Shown: positions 9,968-19,337, counted from the whole stretch's first letter. The stretch: DNA of 63,741 nucleotides, filler included, from Chthonomonadaceae bacterium (GCA_035650735.1; 4 parts of 4 records of this genome joined end to end with filler, not necessarily neighbours in it), one strand, 5' to 3'. The notes: generated by a model not told the origin, from the sequence alone. Numbers and translations are program-made.

Positions 9968-10271
9968 TAGACAAACCAGTTAAAGGTCGGACGCTGCCCT
10001 GCCGGGCACGGAAAGTACCCGGCTCTGGGGCCTGCGGCCAAGCGACTGCAAGGGACGGCGCTACGCTTGCTCGCGCCTTTGCCTTGCGACTGGCGGACGC
10101 TCCTGTCCCGCAGGAGTTTCCGTCCGGGAGGACGGTTGGCGGCGCAGCCGCCCTCTAGCCGGTATTTTCAATGCCCGACACGGATCGGAGGTTTTCAACC
10201 CCCGGCTCTAGGGCCTACGGCCAAGCGTCCTGGCGGACGCATCATGGTACGAGGTTTAACTGGTTTCTCTA
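9968..10271. mobile_element. MITE-like element with 17-bp TIRs, filled with REP-like units
   Basis: TAGACAAACCAGTTAAA ... TTTAACTGGTTTCTCTA (1 mismatch), flanked by TAA on both sides (9965-9967, 10272-10274). Confidence 0.65.
9998..10240. repeat. REP-like family A cluster
   Basis: Units such as GCCGGGCA..GAAAGTACCCGGCT..GGGCCTACGGCCAAGCGTCC..CGGACGC recur at about 57055-57263, 58025-58280, 61499-61524 and 62725-62761. Confidence 0.75.
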
Positions 10272-10609
10272 TAAGGTTGGCTGGCGAAATCCGCCGTATG
10301 GGACGGACGCGCGCTCACTTTCGCGCTGTCAACACCCATGATTCCCTCGGCTCTTGCCTTTAAACGCAGGGTCTGCTCTATATTTACACGCCCGTATAAC
10401 AGTTTCCTCTAATTGGAGACTTTTTTCATGAACGGGAAATAGTTTCTCGTGTTCCTTTGCTTCCCGACGCTCAGGTAACAGGATAATGAGCGCCAGGCGC
10501 GAAAGGAAGTGAAGGCAGAAAGAGCGAATGTATCCTTATCCTCGTCGCAGTCTGGCGGCAGGCTGTATCGTTCTCCTCATTAAGACTTTTCATTAAGGAG
10601 CGTCCCCGC

Positions 10610-11551
10610 ATGATTCGAATTGGAGTGGTCAACATAGATACCTCGCATCCCCTGGCGTTTAGCAAATATCTGGAGCAAGGCAACCGCGCCCGTTATGTGG
10701 CCGTCTACAACGACGGCTTTCGCGGCGACGACGAGGTGGAGGCGTTTATCCGCAACCACGGCCTGGAGAAGCGCTGCCAGAGCGTGGAGGAGTTGGCCGA
10801 CTATGTGGATATCGGCTTTGTGCAGGGATGCGACTGGGATCAGCACCTGCGGCACGCCCTGCCCTTCATCGAGCGTGGCAAGCCCGTCTTCATTGACAAG
10901 CCCCTCGTCGGCTACCTCGCCGACTGCAAGGCCCTGGAAAATCTCGCGGACAAGGGCGCGGTCATTCTGGGAAGCTCCTCGGCGCGCTACGCGCAGGAGA
11001 TCGCCGACTTCCTGGTGCAGCCTGAGTCGGAGCGCGGCAAGATACTCAACGTCTACGGCACGGCGGGCGTGGACGAGTTTAACTACGGCATCCATATTGT
11101 TGAAGCCATCGGCGGCGTGATGGGCACTGGCGCAGTTTCGACGCAGTTCGTGGGCAGCGGCGAGGCGGAGGGCAAGCGAGCCGAAACCTTCTTTGTGCGC
11201 TTCGCCGATGGCCGCACCGCCGTCTACACCCTCTGTCACGGCGTCTGGCAGCCCTTTGAGATGGTCATCATGACCACCAAATCCACCTTCCAGTTCCGCA
11301 TGGATACCAGCAAAATTTACGCGGCGCTGCTGGATCGCATCTGCGACTTTATGGAGACGGGCCAGAACCGGATGGCTCCTGTGAACGCGCTCACCGAGTC
11401 GGTCAAGATTATGCTGGCCGGGCGTCTCTCGCGGGAGCGGGGCGGCGGGGAAGTCCGCCTGGCCGACATTCCCGCAGACGATCCCGGCTACGATGGGGCC
11501 GACTTTGCGCGCGGCTATGCCGCCGCCGCGTCCAAGCTCTACCTGAAATAG
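10610..11551 (+). CDS. Gfo/Idh/MocA family oxidoreductase
   Basis: IRIGVVNIDTSH, GKPVFIDKP, YGIHIVE; RBS AAGGAG. Confidence 0.8.
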   Translation: MIRIGVVNIDTSHPLAFSKYLEQGNRARYVAVYNDGFRGDDEVEAFIRNHGLEKRCQSVEELADYVDIGFVQGCDWDQHLRHALPFIERGKPVFIDKPLVGYLADCKALENLADKGAVILGSSSARYAQEIADFLVQPESERGKILNVYGTAGVDEFNYGIHIVEAIGGVMGTGAVSTQFVGSGEAEGKRAETFFVRFADGRTAVYTLCHGVWQPFEMVIMTTKSTFQFRMDTSKIYAALLDRICDFMETGQNRMAPVNALTESVKIMLAGRLSRERGGGEVRLADIPADDPGYDGADFARGYAAAASKLYLK

Positions 11552-11636
11552 CTGCCTTGTGATCCAGGTCGCCACAACCATTTATTTGACCGGAAGGACA
11601 ACGGCCTGTAAGGGCTGATTGCGGAAGAGTTGCCTT

Positions 11637-12944
11637 ATGATCCAGGTTACCAAAACGAACCTCAATTTTGAGCGGGAGCCGCTGGTCGCGCCCTTTGGTT
11701 TTAAGGGCGGCTACGTCACCGACATCTGGCAGGTGGCCGCGCTGATGGAGAGCCGGACGGGGAAGCAAGGCGTGGGCGTGGGCGTGCATGGCGTGCTCTG
11801 GTCGGATGCGAAGGTGTTTGCCGGCCACCCGGACGCTGTCGGCAACGCCTTGATGCTGCTAATGACTTCCCACGCCTTGCAAGCGGCGCAGGAGATTCCC
11901 TTCACGACGCCGCCGGAACTGCTGGAGCGCCTGCTGCCCCTCACCTATGAGTACGGTAAGCAGATCACCGAAAACCCCGACCTGCGCCTGACCTTTGCCC
12001 TCAATTCCCTGGTGCCGGTGGATAACGCGGCCTGGCTGCTCTACGCCGCCGAGAACGGCATCGTCCGCTTCGACGACCTGATCCCCCCGGATGTCCGCCC
12101 CGCGCTGGCGCACCGGCATCCCTACGTCGTCGCCGTGCCTGTCCTCGGCTACGGCGTGGCGATAGAGGACATCGTTGGGCTGGTGGACGAGGGCTACTAC
12201 CTCCTGAAGATTAAGATCGGCTCTGACCCGGACAAGGACGGTGACCAGGAGAAGATGCTGGAGTTCGACAAGCGGCGCATCGGCGCGATCCATGAGGCGC
12301 TCAAGCATCGGGAGGTCGCCGGGGCCGCGCAGGGCCACGTCCTCTACTACCTGGACGCCAACGGGCGCTACGAGAGCAAAGAGCGGCTGCTGCGCCTGCT
12401 GGATCACGCCGACAAAATCGGGGCGCTGGAATGGACGGTGCTGCTGGAGGAGCCGTTCCCGGAGGAGGCGGCCTGGGACGTGCGCGATATTCCCGCCCGC
12501 GTCGTGGCCGACGAGAGCGCCCACAGCGACCGGGAGGCCCTGGAGCGCATTCATCTCGGCTACGGGGCCATCGCCTTAAAGCCCATTGCCAAGACGCTGA
12601 GCATGAGCTTCCGGGTGGCGAAGCTGGCCCACGAGCACGGCGTGCCCTGCTTCTGCGCCGACCTGACGGTCAACCCCGTGATGATAGAGTGGAACAAAAA
12701 TGTGGCGGCGCGTCTGGCGCCTCTGCCCGGAATGCCGGTGGGCGTCCTGGAGGCCAACGGCTTCCAGAACTACCGCAACTGGCAGACCATGCAGACCTAC
12801 CACCCCTGCCCGGACGCGCCCTGGACGCAGCCGGCGCGCGGCGCCTATCCTCTCGGGGAGGATTTCTACACCCGCAGCGGCTGCATCTTTACACCGGGGA
12901 AGCACTACGCTTCCCTCGTCGGAGGAAAAACCAACGTTGAGTGA
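11637..12944 (+). CDS. Enolase-superfamily enzyme (mandelate racemase/Ala-Glu epimerase-like)
   Basis: LKIKIG, YLDAN, LEEP, VADES and IALKP catalytic/metal motifs. Confidence 0.8.
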   Translation: MIQVTKTNLNFEREPLVAPFGFKGGYVTDIWQVAALMESRTGKQGVGVGVHGVLWSDAKVFAGHPDAVGNALMLLMTSHALQAAQEIPFTTPPELLERLLPLTYEYGKQITENPDLRLTFALNSLVPVDNAAWLLYAAENGIVRFDDLIPPDVRPALAHRHPYVVAVPVLGYGVAIEDIVGLVDEGYYLLKIKIGSDPDKDGDQEKMLEFDKRRIGAIHEALKHREVAGAAQGHVLYYLDANGRYESKERLLRLLDHADKIGALEWTVLLEEPFPEEAAWDVRDIPARVVADESAHSDREALERIHLGYGAIALKPIAKTLSMSFRVAKLAHEHGVPCFCADLTVNPVMIEWNKNVAARLAPLPGMPVGVLEANGFQNYRNWQTMQTYHPCPDAPWTQPARGAYPLGEDFYTRSGCIFTPGKHYASLVGGKTNVE

Positions 12945-13674
12945 GAGAGTGCTGACCGAGGCGCAGAAAGCACAGTTTCTGACGCGAGGCCATATCGTCA
13001 TCCACGACTGCTTTACGCGCGAGACTGCCGAGAACCTGATCGCGCTCGCCTTTGATCGCCTGGGCTACGACCGCAGCGCCCCGGCTACCTGGGTGAAGTC
13101 GCGCATTCACATGCCCGCGATGCATCGGTTCCCGATGCAAGAGTTCGCGCCCAAAGCGTGGGCGGCGGCGTGCGAGCTGCTGGGCGGCGAGGAGCGCGTC
13201 CGCGAGTCGGTGACAATGGGCGATGGCTTCATCGTCAACTTCCACGACGGGGCGGATAGGCCCTGGCAGCCCCCCTCGGCGCAGTCTCCGGGCTGGCACA
13301 AGGACGGCGACTTCTTCCGCCATTTCCTGGATAGCCCGGAGCAAGGACTGCTGACGCTGGTCCTCTGGTCGGACATTGCGCCTCAAGGCGGCGGCACGTT
13401 CGTCGCCTGCGACTCCGTTCCGGTCGTGGCGCGGTTCCTGGCGGAGCATCCGGAGGGCGTCGTTCCCGGTGGCTTCCCTTTCAAGGAGCTGGCCGCTCAG
13501 TGCCGGGATTTCCTGGAGTGTACCGGGCGCACCGGCGACATCGTCCTGCTGCATCCCTACATCCTGCACGCCTCCTCTCAGAACCTATCGGGCAAGCCCC
13601 GCTTCCTGACCAATCCGCCCGTCGCCCTCAAGGAGCCGATGCATTTCAACCGGCCTGATCCAAGCGATTACTCG
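12937..13674 (+). CDS. Phytanoyl-CoA dioxygenase (PhyH) family protein, 3' truncated by contig end
   Basis: TTG start after GGAGG; LTEAQKAQFLTRGH, WHKDG (HxD) and GDIVLLHPYILHAS. Confidence 0.8.
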
Positions 13675-13774
13675 NNNNNNNNNNNNNNNNNNNNNNNNNN
13701 NNNNNNNNNNNNNNNNNNTTAATTAATTAANNNNNNNNNNNNNNNNNNNNNNNNNNNNNNNNNNNNNNNNNNNN
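13675..13774. other. Artificial contig linker
   Basis: N-run around TTAATTAATTAA (stops in all six frames). Confidence 0.98.
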
Positions 13775-13912
13775 CGGGTAGAGTAGAATCAAGTTGGTCG
13801 GTCATGGGATTGGCTCCTTTTCTGGTCTTGGCAACCGAAAGGATACCCCATGACCTGCCGCTTACCCGCTCAGCAGGCCAGACCAATTCTACAGAAAGAA
13901 GTGTACACTACC
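13775..13912 (-). mobile_element. Second copy of the IS256-like left end
   Basis: 138 bp identical to 1-138. Confidence 0.65.
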
Positions 13913-13993
13913 AAAATCCGGTTCATCCCGTTGATCCTGTCTGAATCGGTTTGTAAGGTGTGGTTCTAGCTGGGGAGAGGAGAGCATAGAGAC

Positions 13994-14947
13994 GTGGCGG
14001 AAGTGACCTGTGTGGGCATACTGGTGGCCGATGTCGTTGGCAAGCCAATTGACGCGCTGCCGGGGCGCGGCAAGCTGGCCCTCGTGGATCGGATGGAATT
14101 GCATTCCGGGGGATGTGCGGCCAACACCGGCATCAGCCTGGCGAAGCTGGGCGTGGACACGGCCATCATCGGCAAGGTCGGCGACGACGGATTCGGCGAT
14201 TTTCTGGTGCGCCGCTTTGAGCAGTTCGGCATTGACGCGGGCGGCGTGGCGCGAGATAAGGAAACGGCGACCTCGGCGACGATGGTACTGGTCCATAGCG
14301 ACGGCGAGCGCAGCTTCCTGCACTATCTGGGCGCTAACGCGACCCTGGCGCTGGAGGATATTGACCTGGAGCGCGTGCGCCGCAGTAAAATCCTGCATAT
14401 CGCGGGCGCGCTGGTCATGCCGCGCCTGGACGGCGCTCCGACCGCCGAGCTGCTGCGTCAGGCAAAGGAGGCCGGCATTACGACGGCATTCGATACCGTC
14501 TGGGATGCGCGCGGGCTGTGGATGGAGAAGGTCGGGCCGTGTCTTCCGTATGTAGACTATCTGCTGCCCAGCTATGAAGAGGCGCGGATGCTGGCCGGAG
14601 GGCGCGAGGACCCGGCTGAGATCGCGCAATACCTGATTGATGCGGGCGCGAAGGTGGTCGGGCTGAAGATGGGCGAGCGCGGCGCCTATATCCGCGCGGC
14701 GGATGGGACGGCGTTCACCGTGCCGATTCTGCCCGTGCAGGCCGTGGATGCGCTGGGGGCCGGTGATGCGTTTGTGGCTGGGTTCCTGGCCGGGCTGGCT
14801 CGCGGCTGGGACCTGGAGCGGTGCGCCCGCTTCGCCACAGCGGTCGGCGCCTGTTGCGTGACGGCGCTGGGCGCGACGACGGGCGTTAAGACCTTTGAGG
14901 AGACGGTCGCGTTCATGGAGCAGTTTGCCCGTCAGGGCAAACTGTAG
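13994..14947 (+). CDS. PfkB family carbohydrate kinase
   Basis: GGCAANTGISLAKLG, GKVGDDGFG, VDALGAGDAFVAG. Confidence 0.93.
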   Translation: MAEVTCVGILVADVVGKPIDALPGRGKLALVDRMELHSGGCAANTGISLAKLGVDTAIIGKVGDDGFGDFLVRRFEQFGIDAGGVARDKETATSATMVLVHSDGERSFLHYLGANATLALEDIDLERVRRSKILHIAGALVMPRLDGAPTAELLRQAKEAGITTAFDTVWDARGLWMEKVGPCLPYVDYLLPSYEEARMLAGGREDPAEIAQYLIDAGAKVVGLKMGERGAYIRAADGTAFTVPILPVQAVDALGAGDAFVAGFLAGLARGWDLERCARFATAVGACCVTALGATTGVKTFEETVAFMEQFARQGKL

Positions 14948-15032
14948 GCACACGCACAGCGCGCCGGGGCGAAAGCCAGGGGCAGGAAACTCGTGTTTTG
15001 GGTAAAGTGGCTTGTTTGAGGAAGTAGGGACC

Positions 15033-16181
15033 ATGTCCGGGCTGCGGGTCTCCCTGTTTACGCCCTGGCACGCGCGCTGCGGCGTTAGGGACTACAGCCG
15101 TCATCTGATCGCGGCGCTGACCGCGTTGCCGGAGATCGTGGGTGTGCGCGTCGTGGAAGCCCCACAGGGCGCGGCGCGGGCCAGCGCTGTCGCAGCCCTG
15201 CGGCACTACCTCGCCGACGAGAAACGTTTCCGCGCGCTTGGCGCGGCCATGAACGCGGAAGGGGCGGAGGTCGCGCACGTGCAGCACCAGTACTTCTTCT
15301 TTGGCGGCGTGGCGCCTTATAAGAGCCACGTGCGCGCCTTCCTGAGTGCCGTGCGCGTCCCGCTGGTGATGACCGTCCACGAGATCGCGCTGCCGGGGCC
15401 ATCCGCCTCCGCGCCGCAACGGGCTGCCCTGACGCTGGCCAATCGCAGGAACTTCCTTCACCCCGTCATTCGCCGCTATATCGTCCATACGGAGGCAGAT
15501 CGAGCGCATCTGGCGGCCATCGGCGTCCCTGCGGACCGCATCCATGTCCTCACGCACGGCGTGCCGCCGCCCTCTCCCTTGCCGGAACCGGAACGTGCCC
15601 GAGAAGCGCTAGGGCTGGAGGGAAAGCGGGTGGTCACGCTGTTTGGCTTCCTGTCGGCGAAGAAGGGACACACGCTGGCCCTGGAGGCGCTGCGGCAGCT
15701 TCCGCCCGACGTCGTGCTGCTGTTTGCCGGCGACCGGCATCCCGAGGATTTTACCGATTACGTGCCCAATCTGCGCGCGCAGATCCAGGCGCGGGGCCTG
15801 GCGAATCGCGTCCACATCACCGGATATCTTCCCGATGAGCGCCTGCCGCTGATCATGGCGGCGACCGATGTCGGGCTCGCGCCCTACATGCAGACCTCCG
15901 GGTCGGGCTCGCTGGCAAACCTGCTGGCCTATGGGCGGGCCATCGTTGCCTCCGATATTCCTCCCCATCAGGAGATCGTGCGCAAGGTGCCTGCGAGCCT
16001 GGCGCTGTTCCGCTCCGGCGATACCGAAGACCTTGCGGCAAAGCTGCTCACGGCGCTTGAAGATGCCTCCTGCCGCGCGGCCCTGCAAGCTGCCGCCCGC
16101 GCCTACGCGGACCGCTACTCTTATGAGAACATGGCACGGGAGGCGGTCGCCATCTACCGATTAGCCCGGCAGGAAGTGTAA
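15033..16181 (+). CDS. Glycosyltransferase family 4
   Basis: CGVRDYS, VMTVHE, FGFLSAKKG, SGSLANLLAYGRAIVASD. Confidence 0.88.
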   Translation: MSGLRVSLFTPWHARCGVRDYSRHLIAALTALPEIVGVRVVEAPQGAARASAVAALRHYLADEKRFRALGAAMNAEGAEVAHVQHQYFFFGGVAPYKSHVRAFLSAVRVPLVMTVHEIALPGPSASAPQRAALTLANRRNFLHPVIRRYIVHTEADRAHLAAIGVPADRIHVLTHGVPPPSPLPEPERAREALGLEGKRVVTLFGFLSAKKGHTLALEALRQLPPDVVLLFAGDRHPEDFTDYVPNLRAQIQARGLANRVHITGYLPDERLPLIMAATDVGLAPYMQTSGSGSLANLLAYGRAIVASDIPPHQEIVRKVPASLALFRSGDTEDLAAKLLTALEDASCRAALQAAARAYADRYSYENMAREAVAIYRLARQEV

Positions 16182-16298
16182 TGTGCCCGTGCTTTTCCTT
16201 GCTTCGCCTGTTAGCTTGAGCAGAACGGTTGATGCAGCGAAAACGAAAGACTACTTTTCTCGCCTACCAGCAGTCAAGGGATAATATTAAGTTGGGAT

Positions 16299-16664
16299 AT
16301 GAGGCTTAGATTTCGAATTGCATTAAGGGATTTATACAACCTGAGACGTCAGGCAGAACGCGCGGGCAGGCAATGCCGCGAAGTTTGTGGCTTGCTGGTT
16401 AAAGAGCATAATCGTTTGCGTCTGCTTCCAGTCAAGAACATAGCGAACGATTTATTAAGTTTTGAGATGTCAAGTCGGTGGCGAGAAATAGCCTTGCTTG
16501 CTGCTTCACTGAATGCAAGGGATGTGGTGGGTACGTACCACTCGCATCCCGTAAGCTCCGCTAAACCAAGCCAGATTGATATTACAAATGCGTCGGACAG
16601 GTCGCTCATGCTCATCATATCTTGTTCTTCCAAAAATAGACAAACCCCGGTGGTTTATCCGTAA
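16299..16664 (+). CDS. JAB/MPN (Mov34) metalloprotease domain protein, possibly frameshifted near the C-terminus
   Basis: EVCGLL and the JAMM motif HSHPVSSAKPSQID (HxHx7Sx2D). Visibly AT-richer than its neighbours. Confidence 0.8.
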   Translation: MRLRFRIALRDLYNLRRQAERAGRQCREVCGLLVKEHNRLRLLPVKNIANDLLSFEMSSRWREIALLAASLNARDVVGTYHSHPVSSAKPSQIDITNASDRSLMLIISCSSKNRQTPVVYP

Positions 16665-16712
16665 GGGCGTTGCAATACGTCTCCGATTTATCCGAAGTTA
16701 GATTCATACCTT

Positions 16713-16794
16713 GGTAATCGCTCCCAACGGTGTTGACGTATCTCCTCAGCAGCAGGCTGCGTGAGATTGATCCACACGGCTGGGAGTGTCTACC
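16713..16794. mobile_element. 82-bp MITE, copy 1
   Basis: 8-bp TSD CATACCTT (16705-16712, 16795-16802); imperfect TIR GGTAATCGCTCCCA / TGGGAGTGTCTACC; second copy at 28669-28750. Confidence 0.9.
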
Positions 16795-16862
16795 CATACC
16801 TTGTTAGCCCGACAGGAAATACGATCCTTCTTCGCAGTCAGCAAGCGAAGAGACACAAACCC

Positions 16863-16891
16863 TTGCATTTCCGGCAATGTTGGAGCATAAT
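16863..16891 (+). promoter_or_regulatory. Putative sigma70 promoter of the Rpn gene
   Basis: TTGCAT-N17-CATAAT, 23 bp before the ATG. Confidence 0.45.
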
Positions 16892-16914
16892 ACCACAGAG
16901 GCCAGCCAACCATC

Positions 16915-17976
16915 ATGCCTGATTCGCAGGAAGAGCTAATACGGGAATTTGCTGACCGGGGCACTCTGTGGCTGCTGGAGTCACCAGAGAACCTACACGG
17001 GCTTATCCGCATCGTCGCGGCGGAGATCGCGGACCGTCTGGATTTCTCCCGCGCCGAGCGTATCAATCGCTCCTTTGTGCCGGACAACCTGCAAAAGCAG
17101 GAGGCCGATCTGCTCTATCGTGTTCCCTTCCGGCACGGTGCTGGCGAGGCGCTGGTCTATGTGCTGCTGGAACATCAGTCCCGGCCCGACCGCACAATGG
17201 GGTTACGGCTGCTCTCCTACATGGTGCAGCTCTGGGAGACGCAGCGGCGGGCCTTGCAGGATGCCAAGACGCCGGTATCGCAGTGGCGGCTGCATCCGGT
17301 TGTGCCCATCGTCTTCTACACGGGCAAGCGCCGCTGGATAAGCCCGTTAAGTTTGGCGGCGCTGATAGAGGCGCCGGCCCCGCTTTCCGATTTTGTGCCG
17401 CAGCATCGAGTATTGTTTTTAAATTTGCACGAGACCACGCCGAATGTACTGGCGAACGCAGGCACGGCCATCGGCGCGGTGTTGCGGGTGATGCAGGCGG
17501 CGGAAGAGCCGCGTGAGGTGCTGGCTTCTGTGCTGGCGGAGGCGGTCGCATATTTGGAAACGCTGCCTGAAGCAGCGCAGGCGGAGTGGCGGCGGGCCAT
17601 GCACTACCTGCTGCTGTTGATCCGCAACAAGCGCGAGCCGGAAGAGCGCACTGAACTCTATGATGTGGTGGTCGAGGCGGCAGAACGCCGCCATAAGGAG
17701 GAGGTTCAGGAAATGGCAAGAACGGATGCCCAGGTTCTGGTTGCGCAGGGGCGCAGAGAAGGGAGGAGAGAAGGGCGCCTTGAAGGGCGTCTTGAAGGGC
17801 GCCTTGAAGGACGCCTTGAAGGGCGACGGCAGACATTGTTAGAACTACTGGAATTAAAGTTTGGGCCGTTGTCGGAAGAGAGCGTTGGGAGGGTAAACTC
17901 GCTTTCCGAGGCGCAGTTATCTGAAATCACGCGGCGGGTGCTAACTGCCTCCACGTTGGCGGAATTAGGACTCTAG
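16915..17976 (+). CDS. Rpn/YhgA-like PD-(D/E)XK nuclease with DUF4351-like C-terminus
   Basis: SFVPDNL...EADLLY, YVLLEHQS, RLLSYM, VVPIVFYTG, EGRREG/EGRL repeats, LELKFGPL. Confidence 0.92.
   Translation: MPDSQEELIREFADRGTLWLLESPENLHGLIRIVAAEIADRLDFSRAERINRSFVPDNLQKQEADLLYRVPFRHGAGEALVYVLLEHQSRPDRTMGLRLLSYMVQLWETQRRALQDAKTPVSQWRLHPVVPIVFYTGKRRWISPLSLAALIEAPAPLSDFVPQHRVLFLNLHETTPNVLANAGTAIGAVLRVMQAAEEPREVLASVLAEAVAYLETLPEAAQAEWRRAMHYLLLLIRNKREPEERTELYDVVVEAAERRHKEEVQEMARTDAQVLVAQGRREGRREGRLEGRLEGRLEGRLEGRRQTLLELLELKFGPLSEESVGRVNSLSEAQLSEITRRVLTASTLAELGL
17713..17976 (+). CDS. Putative in-frame internal small protein (RpnS-like antitoxin), 87 aa
   Basis: Strong internal SD AAGGAGGAGG 8 nt before an in-frame ATG (MARTDAQVLVAQGRREG...). 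Confidence 0.6.
   Translation: MARTDAQVLVAQGRREGRREGRLEGRLEGRLEGRLEGRRQTLLELLELKFGPLSEESVGRVNSLSEAQLSEITRRVLTASTLAELGL
17758..17826 (+). repeat. 12-bp coding tandem repeat (EGRR/EGRL)
   Basis: GAAGGGCGCCTT-like units in tandem. Confidence 0.85.
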
Positions 17977-18017
17977 CAACATAAAGACTTACAGAAACCG
18001 GCATGAAGGGAGGCGCT

Positions 18018-19181
18018 ATGCGGATCGCCATTGATGGGCGCGCGCTCACCGGACGCTTCACAGGCGACCGCACCTACTGGCGGAACTTGCTGCGCGCCCT
18101 GCCGGGAGTAGATGCCGCCAACGAATACCTGATCTATAGCCGCACGCTGGTACCGGAAGGCGAACTGCCGGAGGCGTCGAACTTCCGCTGCCGTCTGGTA
18201 GACGCGCCCAACGATCGATTGTGGACCCTGCTGGCCCTGCCGCGCGCCCTGGGCCGGGATAGCGCCGACCTTGTTCATGTGCAATATACCGCGCCTCCGC
18301 GCGTCCTCTGCCCCTGCCCTATAGTCACCACCGTTCATGACATCTCCTTTCGGCTCTACCCGCAGTGGTTTCCCGCCCGGCACCGCGCTCTGCTAAACCT
18401 GACCGTGCCGGCTTCCATGCGCCAGGCCGCCCGCGTTATCACCGATTCGGAAAGCTCGCGGCAGGACATCCTGCGTATCTACGGCCTGCCTCCGGAGCGG
18501 GTTGTTGCTATTCTGCTGGGCCTGCCGGAAGAGTTCGTGGCGATTGCCCGCCGGGGGCCGGAGGTGTGGGAGCAGGAAACGGCGCGGCAGATCGCGAAAG
18601 AGCGTTTTGGTTTGGAACGGCCTTTTGTGCTGGCCGTCGGCGTCTTGCAGCCGCGCAAGAATTTGCGCCTGCTGGCGGAAGCCTTCGGGCAGGCCAGGGC
18701 GGCGCACCGGCTGCCGCATCAGCTCGTATTGGTCGGCAAGGCGGGATGGGACACCGAGCGGGAGGTTCTGCGGCAGGCGGCGGCGTGTGGGGGCGGCGCA
18801 GAGGCGGCGGAGGCGGTCGTGTTCACCGGCTACGTGGAGGACGCCGATCTGCCGATATTATATCGGGCGTGCGCGGCCTTCGCCTACCCGTCGCTCTATG
18901 AAGGCTTCGGCATTCCTCCGCTGGAAGCGATGGCCTGCGCCGCGCCCGTCCTCGTCGCCGACGCGCCCGCCATGCCGGAAGTCGTCGGGGAGGCCGCCCT
19001 CATCGTCCCGGCGACGGACGTGGCCGCCTGGGCCGACGCGCTGGCCCGCGTCCTGCAAGATGCCGATCTGCGCCATGACCTATCTCTGCGCGGCCCACGC
19101 CATGCCGCCCGCTTCACCTGGGAAGCCACCGCCGCCCGTACTGTGGCGGTCTACCAGGAAGCGGTTACGCGCGCCCACTGA
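18018..19181 (+). CDS. Glycosyltransferase family 4
   Basis: MRIAIDGR, TTVHDISF, VGVLQPRKN, YPSLYEGFGIPPLEAMAC. Confidence 0.92.
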   Translation: MRIAIDGRALTGRFTGDRTYWRNLLRALPGVDAANEYLIYSRTLVPEGELPEASNFRCRLVDAPNDRLWTLLALPRALGRDSADLVHVQYTAPPRVLCPCPIVTTVHDISFRLYPQWFPARHRALLNLTVPASMRQAARVITDSESSRQDILRIYGLPPERVVAILLGLPEEFVAIARRGPEVWEQETARQIAKERFGLERPFVLAVGVLQPRKNLRLLAEAFGQARAAHRLPHQLVLVGKAGWDTEREVLRQAAACGGGAEAAEAVVFTGYVEDADLPILYRACAAFAYPSLYEGFGIPPLEAMACAAPVLVADAPAMPEVVGEAALIVPATDVAAWADALARVLQDADLRHDLSLRGPRHAARFTWEATAARTVAVYQEAVTRAH

Positions 19182-19198
19182 GGTCCCATACGAGAATT

Positions 19199-19281
19199 TT
19201 TAGACAGGATTACGGAGAGAGGGAGAAGCAAGGCTTCTCTGTGTGGTGGAAATCCGGTTAATCCCGTTAATCCTGTCTAAA
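19199..19281. repeat. Intergenic inverted repeat (GACAGGATTA type REP-like)
   Basis: TTTAGACAGGATTA ... TAATCCTGTCTAAA; the right arm resembles 13914-13945. Confidence 0.6.
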
Positions 19282-19337
19282 TGGCTTTGCGCACTGCGCG
19301 CTGCCGTCCCCATTTTCGGAAGGAGTCTGCTATCGAG

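Noticed and set aside
13675..13774. TTAATTAATTAA palindrome within N-runs (also 30570-30669 and 57264-57363)
   Set aside because: Artificial contig linker; ORFs and gene neighbourhoods crossing it are not real.
17758..17826. Tandem repeats as a possible CRISPR array
   Set aside because: 12-bp in-frame coding repeats without spacers, typical of Rpn C-termini.
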